Shown here: piece after piece, positions 22,980 to 34,674 of the stretch
Position numbering within the stretch: position 1 is the first letter of the stretch
Layout: every line of letters starts with the position of its first letter
Source: an uncultured cyanobacterium
GTDB taxonomy: Bacteria > Cyanobacteriota > Cyanobacteriia > Cyanobacteriales > Nostocaceae
Length of the DNA stretch: 64,000 bases
Reading direction: 5' to 3'
Assembly (NCBI GenBank): GCA_963706595.1
Contig: OY970166.1
Coordinates: 3,488,001 to 3,552,000, forward strand
Notes under the pieces: generated by a model
Told to the model about the DNA's origin: nothing
Seen by the model: only the letters and a program-made list of their open reading frames with translations
Database searches by the model: none
Translations under genes and position numbers: made by a program

Positions 22980-23078
22980 TGCCTGGGAAACAAATGATAG
23001 AATGTAAACAAAGTAGGGGAAAAGCAGAGAATAATACAATTTTAAAATTAAATTTATACCAAGATAACCAAGATAACA

Positions 23079-23726
23079 ATGACATCTTCTTCTAAAATTG
23101 CAGTGCGCGAACTACCTCTGTTCCCGTTACCTGAAGTAGTTCTATTTCCCACTAGACCATTACCCCTACACGTCTTTGAATTTCGCTACCGAATCATGAT
23201 GAACACGATTTTGGAGAGCGATCGCAGGTTTGGTGTGTTGATGCTCGATCCAACTGAAGGTAAAATTGCCAACGTTGGTTGCTGTGCAGAAATCATTCAT
23301 TACCAACGGATGCCAGATGACCGCATGAAAATGTTGACTTTGGGACAACAAAGGTTTCGGGTGTTAGAGTATGTTCGTGAAAAGCCTTACCGTGTTGGCT
23401 TAGTCGAGTGGTTAGAAGACCAGCCCCCAACCAAAGATTTACGTCCTTTGGCTAGTGAGGTAGAACAACTGCTGCGAGATGTAGTGCGTCTTTCAGCCAA
23501 GTTAACTGAACAAAATATGGAACTTCCCGAAGAATTGCCTGCCCTGCCCACAGAACTTTCTTATTGGGTGGCAAGTAACCTCTACGGTGTGTCCTCAGAG
23601 CAGCAGGCATTGCTAGAAACACAGGACACTGTGCTTCGTTTAGAAAGAGAAGCGGAAATTTTGACTACTACTCGCAATCATTTAGCAGCCCGTGCTGTTC
23701 TGAAAGATACTTTTAATAATTCGTAA
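23079..23726 (+). CDS. LON peptidase substrate-binding domain protein
   Basis: LPLFPLPEVVLFP...LHVFEFRYRIMM; no ATPase or protease domain. Confidence 0.9.
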   Translation: MTSSSKIAVRELPLFPLPEVVLFPTRPLPLHVFEFRYRIMMNTILESDRRFGVLMLDPTEGKIANVGCCAEIIHYQRMPDDRMKMLTLGQQRFRVLEYVREKPYRVGLVEWLEDQPPTKDLRPLASEVEQLLRDVVRLSAKLTEQNMELPEELPALPTELSYWVASNLYGVSSEQQALLETQDTVLRLEREAEILTTTRNHLAARAVLKDTFNNS

Positions 23727-23815
23727 TTCGTAATTCGTAATTCGTAATTCGTAATGCCTCTTTTTCTGCGGAAAGCTACGCGAACAGAGGAGCTACGCTA
23801 AGGTAATTCGTAATC
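23719..23815. repeat. STRR (ATTCGTA)n array interrupted by small palindromic repeats
   Basis: Tandem aattcgt units; insert at 23756-23802. Confidence 0.8.
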
Positions 23816-23823
23816 ACGGGTTA

Positions 23824-24690
23824 CTATTCAATGCTGATCGGTAGAACATGATAGCTGCCAAAAATCTTGATGATTTCGGCATAAGTAGTTAATTGTGCTA
23901 AAGCCGATTGCATTCTAGCTTGTTTAATGTCTGCTTCTAAGTCAACAAAAAACAAGTATTCTCCTAGCGATCGCTTTGTTGGTCTAGATTCAATTCGGCT
24001 GAGATTAATTCCTAATTGAGCAAATACTTGTAGCGGTTTGAGCAGCGTTCCTGGTAAGTTGGCAGGTACACTGAAGGCGAGGGAAGTGTGAGTAGCACTT
24101 GCTGAGATATTGATTAAATCGTCTTGACTTTGACTAACTACCCAAAAGCGAGTGCAATTTTCTGGATAGTCGTTGATATTACTGGCTAATATAGGTAGGT
24201 TATAGATTTGAGCAGCTCGGCTGGATGCGATCGCAGCTGCTGTTAAGTCCTGATCTAGTCGCTGTAGTGATTCAGTTGTAGAATTGCTTGCTATTAGCTG
24301 CACATCTGGGAGAATGCGCCCCAACCATCCTTGACATTGCGCCAAAGCTTGGGGGTGAGAATAAACCGTTTGAATACTATCTAAACTAGTGGCACTAGAA
24401 ATTAAGGCATGAGCAATGGGCATAACCAAGGCTGATTGAATTTGCAAGGTATCCAACTGCCACAGTGTATCCATTGTCATGGTGACACTGCCTTCAATAG
24501 AATTTTCAACTGGCACGACAGCCAACTGGGTTTGTCCGTCGGCAACGGCTTGGAGTGATTGGGCAATGCTGGAATAAGGACGACAGATTGCTTGAGTATC
24601 TGTTTGTTTAGCTAGCCAATTGGCATAAAAAACGGTTGCTTGTTCTGCGTAAGTGCCAGGAGGTCCTAAATGGGCAATGGATATAGTCAC
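23824..24690 (-). CDS. pheA: Prephenate dehydratase
   Basis: LGPPGTY, PVENSIEG, SHPQALAQC, NCTRF and IESRP motifs. Confidence 0.95.
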   Translation of the reverse strand: MTISIAHLGPPGTYAEQATVFYANWLAKQTDTQAICRPYSSIAQSLQAVADGQTQLAVVPVENSIEGSVTMTMDTLWQLDTLQIQSALVMPIAHALISSATSLDSIQTVYSHPQALAQCQGWLGRILPDVQLIASNSTTESLQRLDQDLTAAAIASSRAAQIYNLPILASNINDYPENCTRFWVVSQSQDDLINISASATHTSLAFSVPANLPGTLLKPLQVFAQLGINLSRIESRPTKRSLGEYLFFVDLEADIKQARMQSALAQLTTYAEIIKIFGSYHVLPISIE

Positions 24691-24847
24691 AACGTTAATT
24701 CCTGAGTTATGTTTTCGGTTTATACACTGTTTAAATCCTATTTTGCCAGAAAATTTTTCCAGTCGATTATGTATGATTAAATTAAAATTGATAAAACTAT
24801 AATTTAATTAATAATAGAAGTATTAAACAATTATGGCCCTTTAATTT

Positions 24848-25444
24848 ATGGCTACTCAGTTTACTGCCTCCCAAACTGTAAAAATTAATGTTCCACCACA
24901 GCCAATTCCTATTCAATACTACTTGCGTCAGCCTCAACGTCTAGTTAATGCTTTAGCTGACAACAGTCGGATAAACCAGCTTTCCGACGAAGTATTTCGC
25001 TTAAAAATGCGTCCCCTCACCTTTATGTCCCTGAGTATCCAACCTACTGTAGACCTGAAAATTTGGGCAGAACCAAATGGGACTATTAAATTGCGATCGC
25101 TCAGTTGTAAAATCATAGGTTTTGAGTACATTAACCAGCGCTTCGCTTTAAATTTACAAGGACATTTGTCTTTGCACCAGCTAAATAACACTACCAGCCT
25201 CCAAGGACAAGCCGACTTAGAAGTGCAGGTGGACTTACCACCACCATTTTCCTTTACTCCCAAGGCAATTCTCGAAGCCACGGGCAATGCTTTGCTCAAA
25301 AGTGTATTGTTGACAGTGAAACAACGCTTACTACATCAACTTTTAGCTGATTATCGCTGCTGGGTAACATCACAAATTTCCGAAAACTCGCCTTTATCCG
25401 ACGGTGCGGAATTGCCAATGGGTGAATCGGTGAATAATCTTTAA
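24848..25444 (+). CDS. DUF1997 family protein
   Basis: YLRQPQRLV...QPTVDL...LEATGNALL...RLLHQLLADY pattern. Confidence 0.75.
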   Translation: MATQFTASQTVKINVPPQPIPIQYYLRQPQRLVNALADNSRINQLSDEVFRLKMRPLTFMSLSIQPTVDLKIWAEPNGTIKLRSLSCKIIGFEYINQRFALNLQGHLSLHQLNNTTSLQGQADLEVQVDLPPPFSFTPKAILEATGNALLKSVLLTVKQRLLHQLLADYRCWVTSQISENSPLSDGAELPMGESVNNL

Positions 25445-25509
25445 CCTTTTCACCAATTGTGCAACATTAGTCATACCAAGTTTAGTTAAGCAGTAATTAC
25501 GAGAGAGTC

Positions 25510-26212
25510 CTAGTCTTCACTCCCCACTTTTTCACTGATTTGACAAGGACGAAAAGATTTGCGATGCAGTGGTGATGCCCCGTATTGTTGCAGGGCTACC
25601 AAATGCTTTTGGCTACCATATCCTTTATTTTGCTCTAGATTGTATAAAGGATACTGCGATGCTAAACGCATAATCAAGTCGTCGCGCCAAACCTTAGCCA
25701 CAATACTAGCAGCTGCAATGGTTAGCGATCGCTCATCCCCCTTGACTATGGTTTCTTGCGGCACTCGCAAATCCTTGATAGGCTGATTACCATCAACCAA
25801 GCATAGCTGAGGACTGACTTTTAGTTTCAGTACCGCTCGCTTCATAGCCAATAAAGTGGCTTGCAAAATATTTATTTGGTCAATTTCAGCACTTGAAGCC
25901 CAACCAATTTGCCAATCTGTAGCCAACTCATAAATTTGCTCTGCCAGTCTGAATTCTCCGACAACTAGACAGCTTTTTGCTGTCTTTAATGTTGGATGCT
26001 ATCAGCTTTGGCAAGGCACAAGCAGGCAATATCACTGCTGCCGCTACTACTGGACCAAACAGCGCACCCCGCCCGACTTCATCTATCCCCGCAACTAATT
26101 CTGGAAGCTGTGATAAATTTGACTCTAAGGGTGGTGACAACTCCAGCCAAACCTGCAACTTTGGGAGGGCTGGTAAATAACTATTTGTGGCATTCAGCTT
26201 GATCTTCGCCAT
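25510..26212 (-). CDS. rnhB: Ribonuclease HII (apparent +1 frameshift at about 25948)
   Basis: [14 protein letters not shown] and DSKKL in one [20 protein letters not shown] and KGYG in the other; removing 1 nt gives 233 aa. Confidence 0.92.
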
Positions 26213-26219
26213 GAAACGG

Positions 26220-28399
26220 TTAATTGTCCTCAGATGTACTGGAATCTGAATCCAGAGCAGAAGAACGACGGCGGCGGCGACGGTTGCCAATAGAAGTTTT
26301 ACTGACTAAATCGTTCTCGGTCTTTTCTGCGGAATTTGCATCTGCATCTGGTTGGTTCAGCTTTTCAACTACGGTCTGGGGGTTCGGTTCTGGCTCTACT
26401 GGGGATGTATCCACTTCATGACTTGCTGTTTTCACGGCGGTGGAATCTGAAGTTGATTCATTTGCTTTAGTTCTTAGAGCATCAGGGCCAATAACATTAA
26501 TAATGACGGATTTAGAGTTCTTAATTTCTTGGTCTAATTTCACTAAGGGAGAAACTCCCATTAAGGCAAACACATCTTGCTCTTCTAGGGTCATTTCTAC
26601 GCTTCTAATTTCCGGCGGTTCTACTACAGGCTTCACGGGATTCTACTTTCGTGATTTTAGTCCGTTCTGCCCTTTCATGCCAACCTGACTTCCCTAAGTT
26701 AGGAGAAGGAATTTCTGAGGTAGATTCTCCCAATTCTGGGATTGAGCGCGGCCGAAGTTCAGCGTTCGACTGAGCGCTGAGACCGAAGTCTTCAGCGTCG
26801 GTATCCAAATCTAGCTCGTTGTCAAAATCTACTGTTCTCGGAGTCACCCGATTGATGGCTACGCCACGCAAGCTATCATCTTTGGCATTGCTGCCATTAA
26901 TACTGGTGCGATTGCGACTAATGCGGGTACGGCGAGTTTTGTCACTTGGTTCTTGATAGCTGGGATGATTGATTAAATCCAATGAACTGATGTCGGAGAC
27001 AGCATGGAACATTTCCCCGAATGTCTCAGAGGTTTCCCGTGGTTCAGCTATGCGATTTGTAGGCAGGCGTGGTTCTTTCTGAGGTGGGGGTACTTTAGAC
27101 GGAGGGTAGCCAAAATCAGAACGTTCTGGTGATTCGGCAGTGATTGGCAGTCGCGGTTCTGTGTCTCCTGGCAGATGCACAATATGTCCCACACCATTAC
27201 AGGTTGGGCAAGTATTACCAAACAATTCGTAAATATTTTGACCTTGGCGCTTACGGGTCAGTTCTACTAAACCTAATTCGGTTAATTGGGCAATCTGAGG
27301 ACGGGCTTTATCTGCTTTCAGTGCTTTATTAAAGTGTTCTAGAACTTGCAATTGGTCACGCCGCGATTCCATATCAATGAAGTCAACGACTATTACTCCG
27401 GCAATATTTCGCAGACGTAACTGACGAGCAATTTCCGTGGCTGCTTCGCAGTTTGTCCACAAAACTGTTTCTCTGGCTGTGGCGGAACGAGTGAAGGAAC
27501 CAGAGTTGACATCTACTACTGTTAATGCTTCTGTGGGTTCAATAATAATATAACCCCCAGAAGGTAAGTCTACTCTGGGTTTCAGTGCTTCTTTAATTGC
27601 GGCACTAATGCGGAAGTATTCTAATATTGGGGAGCGATCGCGGTGATGGTCGAATCAAAACGCCTTGTGGTGTTTGACCTCCACTCCAGTTCTGCAAATA
27701 CTGCTTGACTCGTTTCAATCCAGTGCTGGAGTCTACTACAATGCGATTCACATCGGCACCGTACATATCTCGCAAAACACGCTGAATGAAGTCATCATCT
27801 CGATTCAGCAGGGCTGGCGCGCGGGTAGATTGTGCCTCTTGCACAATAGCGTCCCATTGCTTTTGCAGCAGTTCCAAATCTTCAATAATTGCTTCTTCTG
27901 GTTTGCCTTCGGCTTCAGTACGTACAAGTAAACCCATACCTGCGGGCTTAATCAAAATTGCTAAAGCGCGTAAACGGTTGCGTTCACTTTCACTTTTAAT
28001 CCGTCGGGATAAATTTACACCCCTACCATAAGGCATGAGCACTACATAGCGCCCAGGTGAGGTGATGTTACCAGTGAGCCTTGGCCCTTTTGACCCAGTT
28101 GGCTCCTTCATTACTTGCACTAACACTTTTTGCTGTGGTGCTAATAGTTCAGTAATTGCTGCTGCTGTGCGCTTCAGCTTCAATGGACCCAAGTCGGTGA
28201 CATGAATAAAGCCATTGCGCTCTGGGTCGCCAATATTCACAAAAGCCGCATCTATTCCAGGTAATACATTTTCTACTACACCTAAATAGACATCACCGAT
28301 TTGGTGATGACCAGTAGCAACAACGAGTTCTTGTATTTGATCTTCAGAAAAGACGGCAGCAATTTGATGCTGTTCGGCGATGATAATTTGCTTTGGCAT
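26220..28399 (-). CDS. rne: Ribonuclease E (two apparent +1 frameshifts at about 27653 and 26641)
   Basis: S1 domain, [21 protein letters not shown] and C-terminal RRRRRRSSA spread over three frames; removing 2 nt gives 725 aa. Confidence 0.93.
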
Positions 28400-29074
28400 T
28401 CAATTTCCTCAAAAATTGGCAGCACCAACGAGAGACATGGAGGTTATGTTATACCTTTTGCCTCTGCAGTTCCCTAAAAGGCGCTGCTGATCATAAAAAT
28501 TGTTGACTTCTTTGCTCAAATTAATGAGCTATTGACTAAAAATTGCGTTTACACGCTCTGATTATTCCCAAACGCCTGCGTAGTTTTCAGCAAATAAATC
28601 AACCGTCTTGGGTTGATTTTTTATGCGAACCATTACTACCTAGTGATTAGGCATTGAGCAGTTGTTTAAAAAGCATAGAGGAAGAGTTGCCGAGGAGCCT
28701 GTTGTTTAAGTTACTAGTTCACAAAATGGCTGTAGAGAGGAGTGGGTTCTTTAATCTGCCTCACCGTTGGGCTGGGGCTGATACGTTCGCCATTGGCGTT
28801 GCGTTCGCTTTGGTGTTACGAAGTCAACAAGCCTTGTCTGGGATACAATCTTAAAGTCACACTCTAATTTGGCTTTTGCTCTCGTGGTTATCACCAGTTT
28901 GTGAACTAGTGAATTTAATGCAGCACCAGAAAATTCTCTTCATTTGATTCTAACGCAACTGAGAAATCAATTTCCATAATGATGCTTTAGTCAGGGCAAG
29001 TCCTAGCCAATTGCCATCAGGCTCTGAGCGCAGCTATGCCAGTAGGGCTTGACGCTACGCTCTGCTATCAGGGA

Positions 29075-31669
29075 TTATACCCCTAAAACTAGCTGATTGC
29101 GGTGAATGTGCAGGAGTTGAAATTCTCCACCTGCTACCATCTCTAGCATAAACAGGATTTGTTCAGGACGCAATATGACACCATCATGGCGACAACTGCC
29201 TAGATAACGCAACACCACTGTGGATTCTGCCACTCTGGTGTCAGTTTCTACTAATTCCAGTTTAAACAAGCGCGATCGCAGATTTATTAAAGTCTGCTTG
29301 CCTGATTTGGTTGTTTTCTCCCACCAAAGTTCATCTTTGGCTTTAATTGCATCAATCCAGTGTTGCCATTGTGCAGCATCAACTGCTCTAGGTGTTGCTA
29401 CCGTAATTAAATAATCTGCCGCCTCCATGACTTGGTTAGCTGCTGGGTCTTTTAAATCTATATTACCAACATCATATATAGGGATTTCTGTGGGTAGTTC
29501 CTTAATCAGTTGTTGGCGGAAAGTCTCAACTTCCACGGTCTGGGTTAACTCAAAATCCACAATTTCCCCACTGCTGGTAGCTCCTAGAGCCAAGGCACTA
29601 GCGATCGCAATTCGTGGACCGGGATGAAATCCACCAGTAAAAGCAATTGGTAAACCCGCTCTGCGGATGACTCGATCAAACAGACGCATCAAATCCAAAT
29701 GACTCACCAAAGCCATTGACCCTTGCTTGCCAAACCAGACACGCAGTCTTTGGGCTTTAGTCGTATTAGGGACAAAATTACCAGCAAATTCTGGGATTGC
29801 CGGTGGCGGAATCACAATATTATGTCCAAAATCAGTGCCGCAGACACCGCAGTGTGAGCAACCTTCAAAAGAGCAATCAGGTACTATTGCGGCTTCTAAA
29901 GCTCGTTGTAAGTCTGACTGGAGCCATTTTTTATCAATGCCGGTGTCAATGTGGTCCCAAGGCAAAGGATTGATTTAAAAAATCTTCCCTGCTTCCTGTT
30001 CCATATGCAAATTCCACTGCCTTCTTCGACTTAAGCGGTATTTTCCATCTAAACCAGCTTCGGCTATGGCTGACTCCCAAGCACCAAAAGCTGCATCTAA
30101 ATTTTCGTACCAGGAATCCATCCCTGCACCCAATTCCCAGGCGCGACGGACGACTTTCCCTAAAGTGCGATCGCCTCTGCCCACAAAGTCTTCCATGGCC
30201 GAAATGCGGACATCGGTAAAATTCACCTTCACACCCCTAATCCGGCGAAATTCTTGTCTGAGCAGGTTTTGTTTTTGTTTGAACTCTGTAGTCGAAACTG
30301 AATGCCACTGAAAAGGTGTATGAGGCTTGGGTGTGAAGTTAGATATCGTCAAGTTAAAGTTTAAAGGTTTTCTACCTCTACCCCGACATTCTCGTTGTAG
30401 CCAGCTGACTGTTTCGGCGATGCCCACAACATCAGTATCAGTTTCACCCGGCAAGCCAATCATGAAATATAACTTGATTTTATCCCACCCTTGTTCCCAG
30501 GCAGTTTTTACACCTCTTAGTAATTCTTCATTAGTTAAACCTTTATTTACAATGTCCCGCATTCTTTGGGTGCCGGCTTCTGGGGCAAAAGTCAGACCAC
30601 CTTGCCGTGTACCACCCAGAATATTGGCAATATTTTCATCAAATCTATCCACCCGTTGACTGGGAAGAGTCAGGGAAATATTTTCGTCTTTTAACCGATT
30701 TTTGATTTCCATCCCCACAGCAGGTAAGGACAAATAATCAGAACAACTCAGGGATAAGAGGGAAAACTCATTGTAACCAGTTGCCCGCATTCCAGCTTCA
30801 ATGGCTGTCACCACTTGATCTGGTTCCACATCCCTAGCTGGACGAGTCAGCATTCCCGGTTGACAAAAGCGACAACCACGAGTACAACCCCGGCGAATTT
30901 CCAGTGTCAGGCGGTCATGCACCGTCTCCACATAAGGCACTAACCCAATAGAATAAGCGGGAATAGGAGTTGCTACCCGGCGCAGAATCCGTTTGGGGAC
31001 ATCTGAGTGGGAAGGATGAACTGAGCCATCAGCCGCCATATTGTAAAACTGAGGAACATATACGCCTGGTATCTGTGCCAAGTCCAGAAGCAAATTCTCC
31101 CGGTTCAGTTTTGCTTGCTTCCCTTCTGACAAGACTAAACCAACTTCTGGCAGTAGTTCTTCCCCATCTCCAAGGGCGAAAAAGTCAAAGAAATCGGCAT
31201 AAGGTTCAGGATTTGATGTTGCTGTTTGTCCCCCAGCAAAAATTAACGGGTAGTTACCCTTGGCTCTTTCTTGCCATGTAAGGGGAATTCCCGCCAAATC
31301 CAACATTTCTAGGATATTAGTTGCTCCCAGTTCGTAACTGAGACTAAAACCCAAAATGTCAAATTCTTGGAGCGATCGCTGGGATTCTACGGCAAACAAT
31401 GGTGTATTAGTAGCCCGCAGTTTAGCCGCCAGATCAGCACCTGGGAGATAGGAGCGATCGCATAATTGCTGAGGCTGGGCATTCAAAATGTTATAGAGAA
31501 TGATATGCCCCAAGTTGGAAGAGCCGACTTCATATACTTCTGGGTAGGTTAAAGCCCAACGTATTGTTGCCGTATCCCAAGGTTTATGTACTGCCAAGTG
31601 TTCGTTACCCAGGTAACGCGCTGGCTTGAGAATATCCGGTGTGATTAATTTTTCAACTGCAACAGCCAC
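29075..31669 (-). CDS. TIGR03960-type B12-binding radical SAM protein fused to a TIGR03936/DUF2344-type domain; split by an in-frame stop at 29975 within a cluster of compensating indels
   Basis: CTRGCRFC motif; downstream PWDHID, CSHCGVC and SHLDLMR lie in the same frame. Confidence 0.85.
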
Positions 31670-32229
31670 TATGCTATCTTCTAGCTACCTTAATTACAGC
31701 TTACCAAATCTAACTTAGCATTAAGTTAGGCTTTTCAGTAGAGTTGATCGCTGCAACTTACAACTCTTTTACACAAATTTACTTTTCGACTGTTGATGCA
31801 CATTATGTGCTAGAGGGGAACTTGAATTTTTAGACACCACAGGACTATTTGCATATTGACATCCCCATCTAATTAGAGTTATTGAATCTTTAACCCGGAT
31901 TTCTTTGAACATAAACTGTTATTTCTGATTTCGATCAAACTCTTCCGGTGTCTTTGCTAAATCTTTATGACTGACATGGGTGTATTTAAAGATTGTCATA
32001 GATACAGGATAAAATGTATTCATATATACTTTTTTTCTACCCCAGTTCCAAAACAATCTACATAGACAGTCATAGAGCAGAGACATTAACTGTAACTTTG
32101 CTGACAAAGCTTACTTAGGCAACAACTCAGCTAATTGAGCCAAGTCGCAGGTGTTGATTTCCAGACTTTATTTTTATGCTGGCTAGGGTTGCATCCCAGA
32201 GTTAAACACAAATTATTTATCCAAGTCTT

Positions 32230-32245
32230 AGTGATATGAATCACA
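32230..32245. promoter_or_regulatory. Putative CRP-type binding site
   Basis: AGTGA-N6-TCACA, one mismatch to TGTGA-N6-TCACA, about 80 nt upstream of the ORF at 32323. Confidence 0.45.
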
Positions 32246-32322
32246 CAAGCATGGGAATTAAGATCACATTTTATACCAAGCTTTATCTTGGATAATTATT
32301 ATCACATATAATTGGTTTATTA

Positions 32323-32526
32323 ATGATGAGAACTAAGCACGTTATTCGTCAATTGGTAGAAAAAGCGCTTGACATTAAAAAATTGACCCCCGAAATCGAA
32401 AATGAAATTAATTCGGAACTGACTCAATTGGGTCATATTTCTGATGTTGATTATGAAGCGTTAGAGTTATTAATGGCAGAAATGGATGCTGGTCGAATTA
32501 AGTTAGTACCTAGTTGGGGATATTAA
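32323..32526 (+). CDS. Small hypothetical protein of cyanobacterial type
   Basis: IRQLVEKAL...LTPEIE...DYEALELLM...GRI helical pattern. Confidence 0.7.
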   Translation: MMRTKHVIRQLVEKALDIKKLTPEIENEINSELTQLGHISDVDYEALELLMAEMDAGRIKLVPSWGY

Positions 32527-32737
32527 TCCTGATTTAGTCACCGAGATTTAATTGCGATTTAGAAACTATTTTGACCATAAATAGCCATATTAGTCCGTAA
32601 ATATAAATTAACAGCAGTGCTAATGGCAGCCACAATATGATTGCTAGTATTTTTCCGTGAACTTTAGTATTTGTCTCCCCAGTCTCGCGTAAACTGTGCT
32701 AGTGAGCATCCAAAATTTGCATTAGTAGTAAACCGCC

Positions 32738-33910
32738 ATGCAGCCCGCTAAACGTTTAGAAAAAATTCCTCCCTATTTGTTTGCTGAAATTAACCGCAAG
32801 CGGGAACAACTTGTGGCGCAGGGAGTTGATATCATTAATCTGGCACTGGGCGATCCAGATAAACAGACCCCGGCTCATATTCTCCAAGCCATGCACGCCG
32901 CAGTTGATGATGCTTCCACCCATAACTACCCACCTTATCAGGGGACGACAGAATTTCGGGAAGCTGCGGTTAATTGGATGGAACGTCGGTTTGGAGTGAC
33001 AGGGTTAAATCCAGATACAGAAGTGATATCTTCGATTGGTTCCAAGGAAGCAATACACAACACCTTCTTAGCTTTTGTAGAAGCGGGAGACTATACCCTC
33101 ATACCAGATCCTGGTTATCCTGTGTATCAGACGGCGACAATTTTCGCTGGTGGTGAACCTTATACGATGCCTTTGAAGGCAGAAAACAATTTTTTACCTG
33201 ATTTAAATACGATTCCTGAAGAAATTGCCCGTAAGTCAAAATTATTGTGGATTAATTATCCTAATAATCCCACTGGAGCCTTAGCCAGCTTAGAATTTTT
33301 TGAAGAACTGGTAGCTTTCTGCAAGCAGTATAATATTTTGCTGTGCCATGACCATGCTTACTCAGAGATGGCTTATGATGGCTATAAACCGCCGAGTGTT
33401 CTGCAAGTTCCTGGTGCAAAAGATGTAGCCATTGAGTTTCACAGTTTGTCTAAGTCGTATAACATGACAGGCTGGCGCATTGGCTTTGTGGTTGGTAACG
33501 CCATTGGCATTCAAGCTTTGAGACAGGTGAAAACCAACGTCGATTCTGGAGTATTTAAGGCTATTCAAAAAGCTGCGATCGCAGCTTATTCTACCAGTGA
33601 AGCAGAACTGCAAGCACTCATGTCAGGTTACCAAAAGCGTCGCGACATTATCGTGCAAGGATTACAATCCCTGGGCTGGCCAATTGAACCGCCTAAAGCT
33701 ACACTTTACGTCTGGGTCCCTGTACCACCAAGATATTCCTCAATAGAATTTGTTTCCCTCTTACTTGACAAATGTGGCATTATGGTTCCTCCAGGTAATG
33801 GTTATGGTGCAGCCGGCGAAGGCTTTTTCCGAATTGCCCTCACAATTCCTGATGAGCGGATGCATGAAGCCATTCAACGCCTCAGAGATGCTGGCATTCG
33901 TTACGCTTGA
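32738..33910 (+). CDS. dapL: LL-diaminopimelate aminotransferase (class I/II PLP enzyme)
   Basis: IPPYLFAEI, NYPNNPTG and SLSKSYNMTGWRIG motifs. Confidence 0.85.
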   Translation: MQPAKRLEKIPPYLFAEINRKREQLVAQGVDIINLALGDPDKQTPAHILQAMHAAVDDASTHNYPPYQGTTEFREAAVNWMERRFGVTGLNPDTEVISSIGSKEAIHNTFLAFVEAGDYTLIPDPGYPVYQTATIFAGGEPYTMPLKAENNFLPDLNTIPEEIARKSKLLWINYPNNPTGALASLEFFEELVAFCKQYNILLCHDHAYSEMAYDGYKPPSVLQVPGAKDVAIEFHSLSKSYNMTGWRIGFVVGNAIGIQALRQVKTNVDSGVFKAIQKAAIAAYSTSEAELQALMSGYQKRRDIIVQGLQSLGWPIEPPKATLYVWVPVPPRYSSIEFVSLLLDKCGIMVPPGNGYGAAGEGFFRIALTIPDERMHEAIQRLRDAGIRYA

Positions 33911-34056
33911 TTAGTCATTAGTCATTAGTCATTGGTCATTAGTCATTAGTCATTAGTCATTGGTCATTGGTCATTAGGAAGTTACAAGCCTTCTACCCTA
34001 CTCCCTACTCCCTACTCCCTACTCCCTACTCCCCATTCCCTACTTCCTACTCCCCA
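33911..34056. repeat. STRR arrays (CATTAGT/CATTGGT)n and (CTACTCC)n
   Basis: Tandem heptamers between convergent genes. Confidence 0.85.
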
Positions 34057-34396
34057 TTCCCTCTTGATACGCTTGCCAAATTTGGTGAATAAATTGATTA
34101 AATTGCAGTTTAGCATCTGAATCAGGTTCGGTTTTTCGTTCTTTTGCCAAAACTTGACTCAATAGGGTAATTACTTCTGTATCAAACGCTGGTCGAAATA
34201 AATTTACAGGCCAAAGCAAATCAGATGCATCTCGCATATCAGTAACAAGTTGTGATTCTTCGCTAAAGCTGACTAGCAGCAAGGGACGTACCCAGCACAA
34301 CTGACGAGAAACCACTACTTGGATGACTTCTGTAAACAGATTTCTGTCACTATGGTCTAAAGACACAATTTGTCCTGGTTGAAAGTCTAGGCTCAT
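34040..34396 (-). CDS. Hypothetical protein
   Basis: MSLDFQPGQIVSL...EVIQVV...CWVRPLLL...SDLLWP; the C-terminal tail is encoded by STRR. Confidence 0.7.
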   Translation of the reverse strand: MSLDFQPGQIVSLDHSDRNLFTEVIQVVVSRQLCWVRPLLLVSFSEESQLVTDMRDASDLLWPVNLFRPAFDTEVITLLSQVLAKERKTEPDSDAKLQFNQFIHQIWQAYQEGMGSRK

Positions 34397-34674
34397 GTTG
34401 ACGCAGTTGGGACAGTGGCAAGCCACTATTTTTGCAGTTTATTTGATTTTAAAATTGAAAATGTGCTAGTTCTAAACAAAAATACTTTAAAATTAGAATA
34501 GAAATCTTAACCCTGTCAGGTATTGGGACTTTTACGCGAAATCAACTCAGCCGAAAAGCATTCCCACAGGATCAGGTTTGCATAGGAATGTTATAAGATT
34601 AAGTAAATAACTGTTAAGTAAATGCTAAACAGTTATTCCGTTGTCGTAAATCATCGAAGAAAGAGCAAAGAGCC

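Noticed and set aside
28654..28854. 66-aa ORF antisense to the rne leader
   Set aside because: TTG start and no motif; probably a chance ORF.
33911..34056. Repeat arrays (here and at 23719, 38777, 49643 and 56137) as CRISPR
   Set aside because: They are tandem heptamers without unique spacers, and there are no cas genes.
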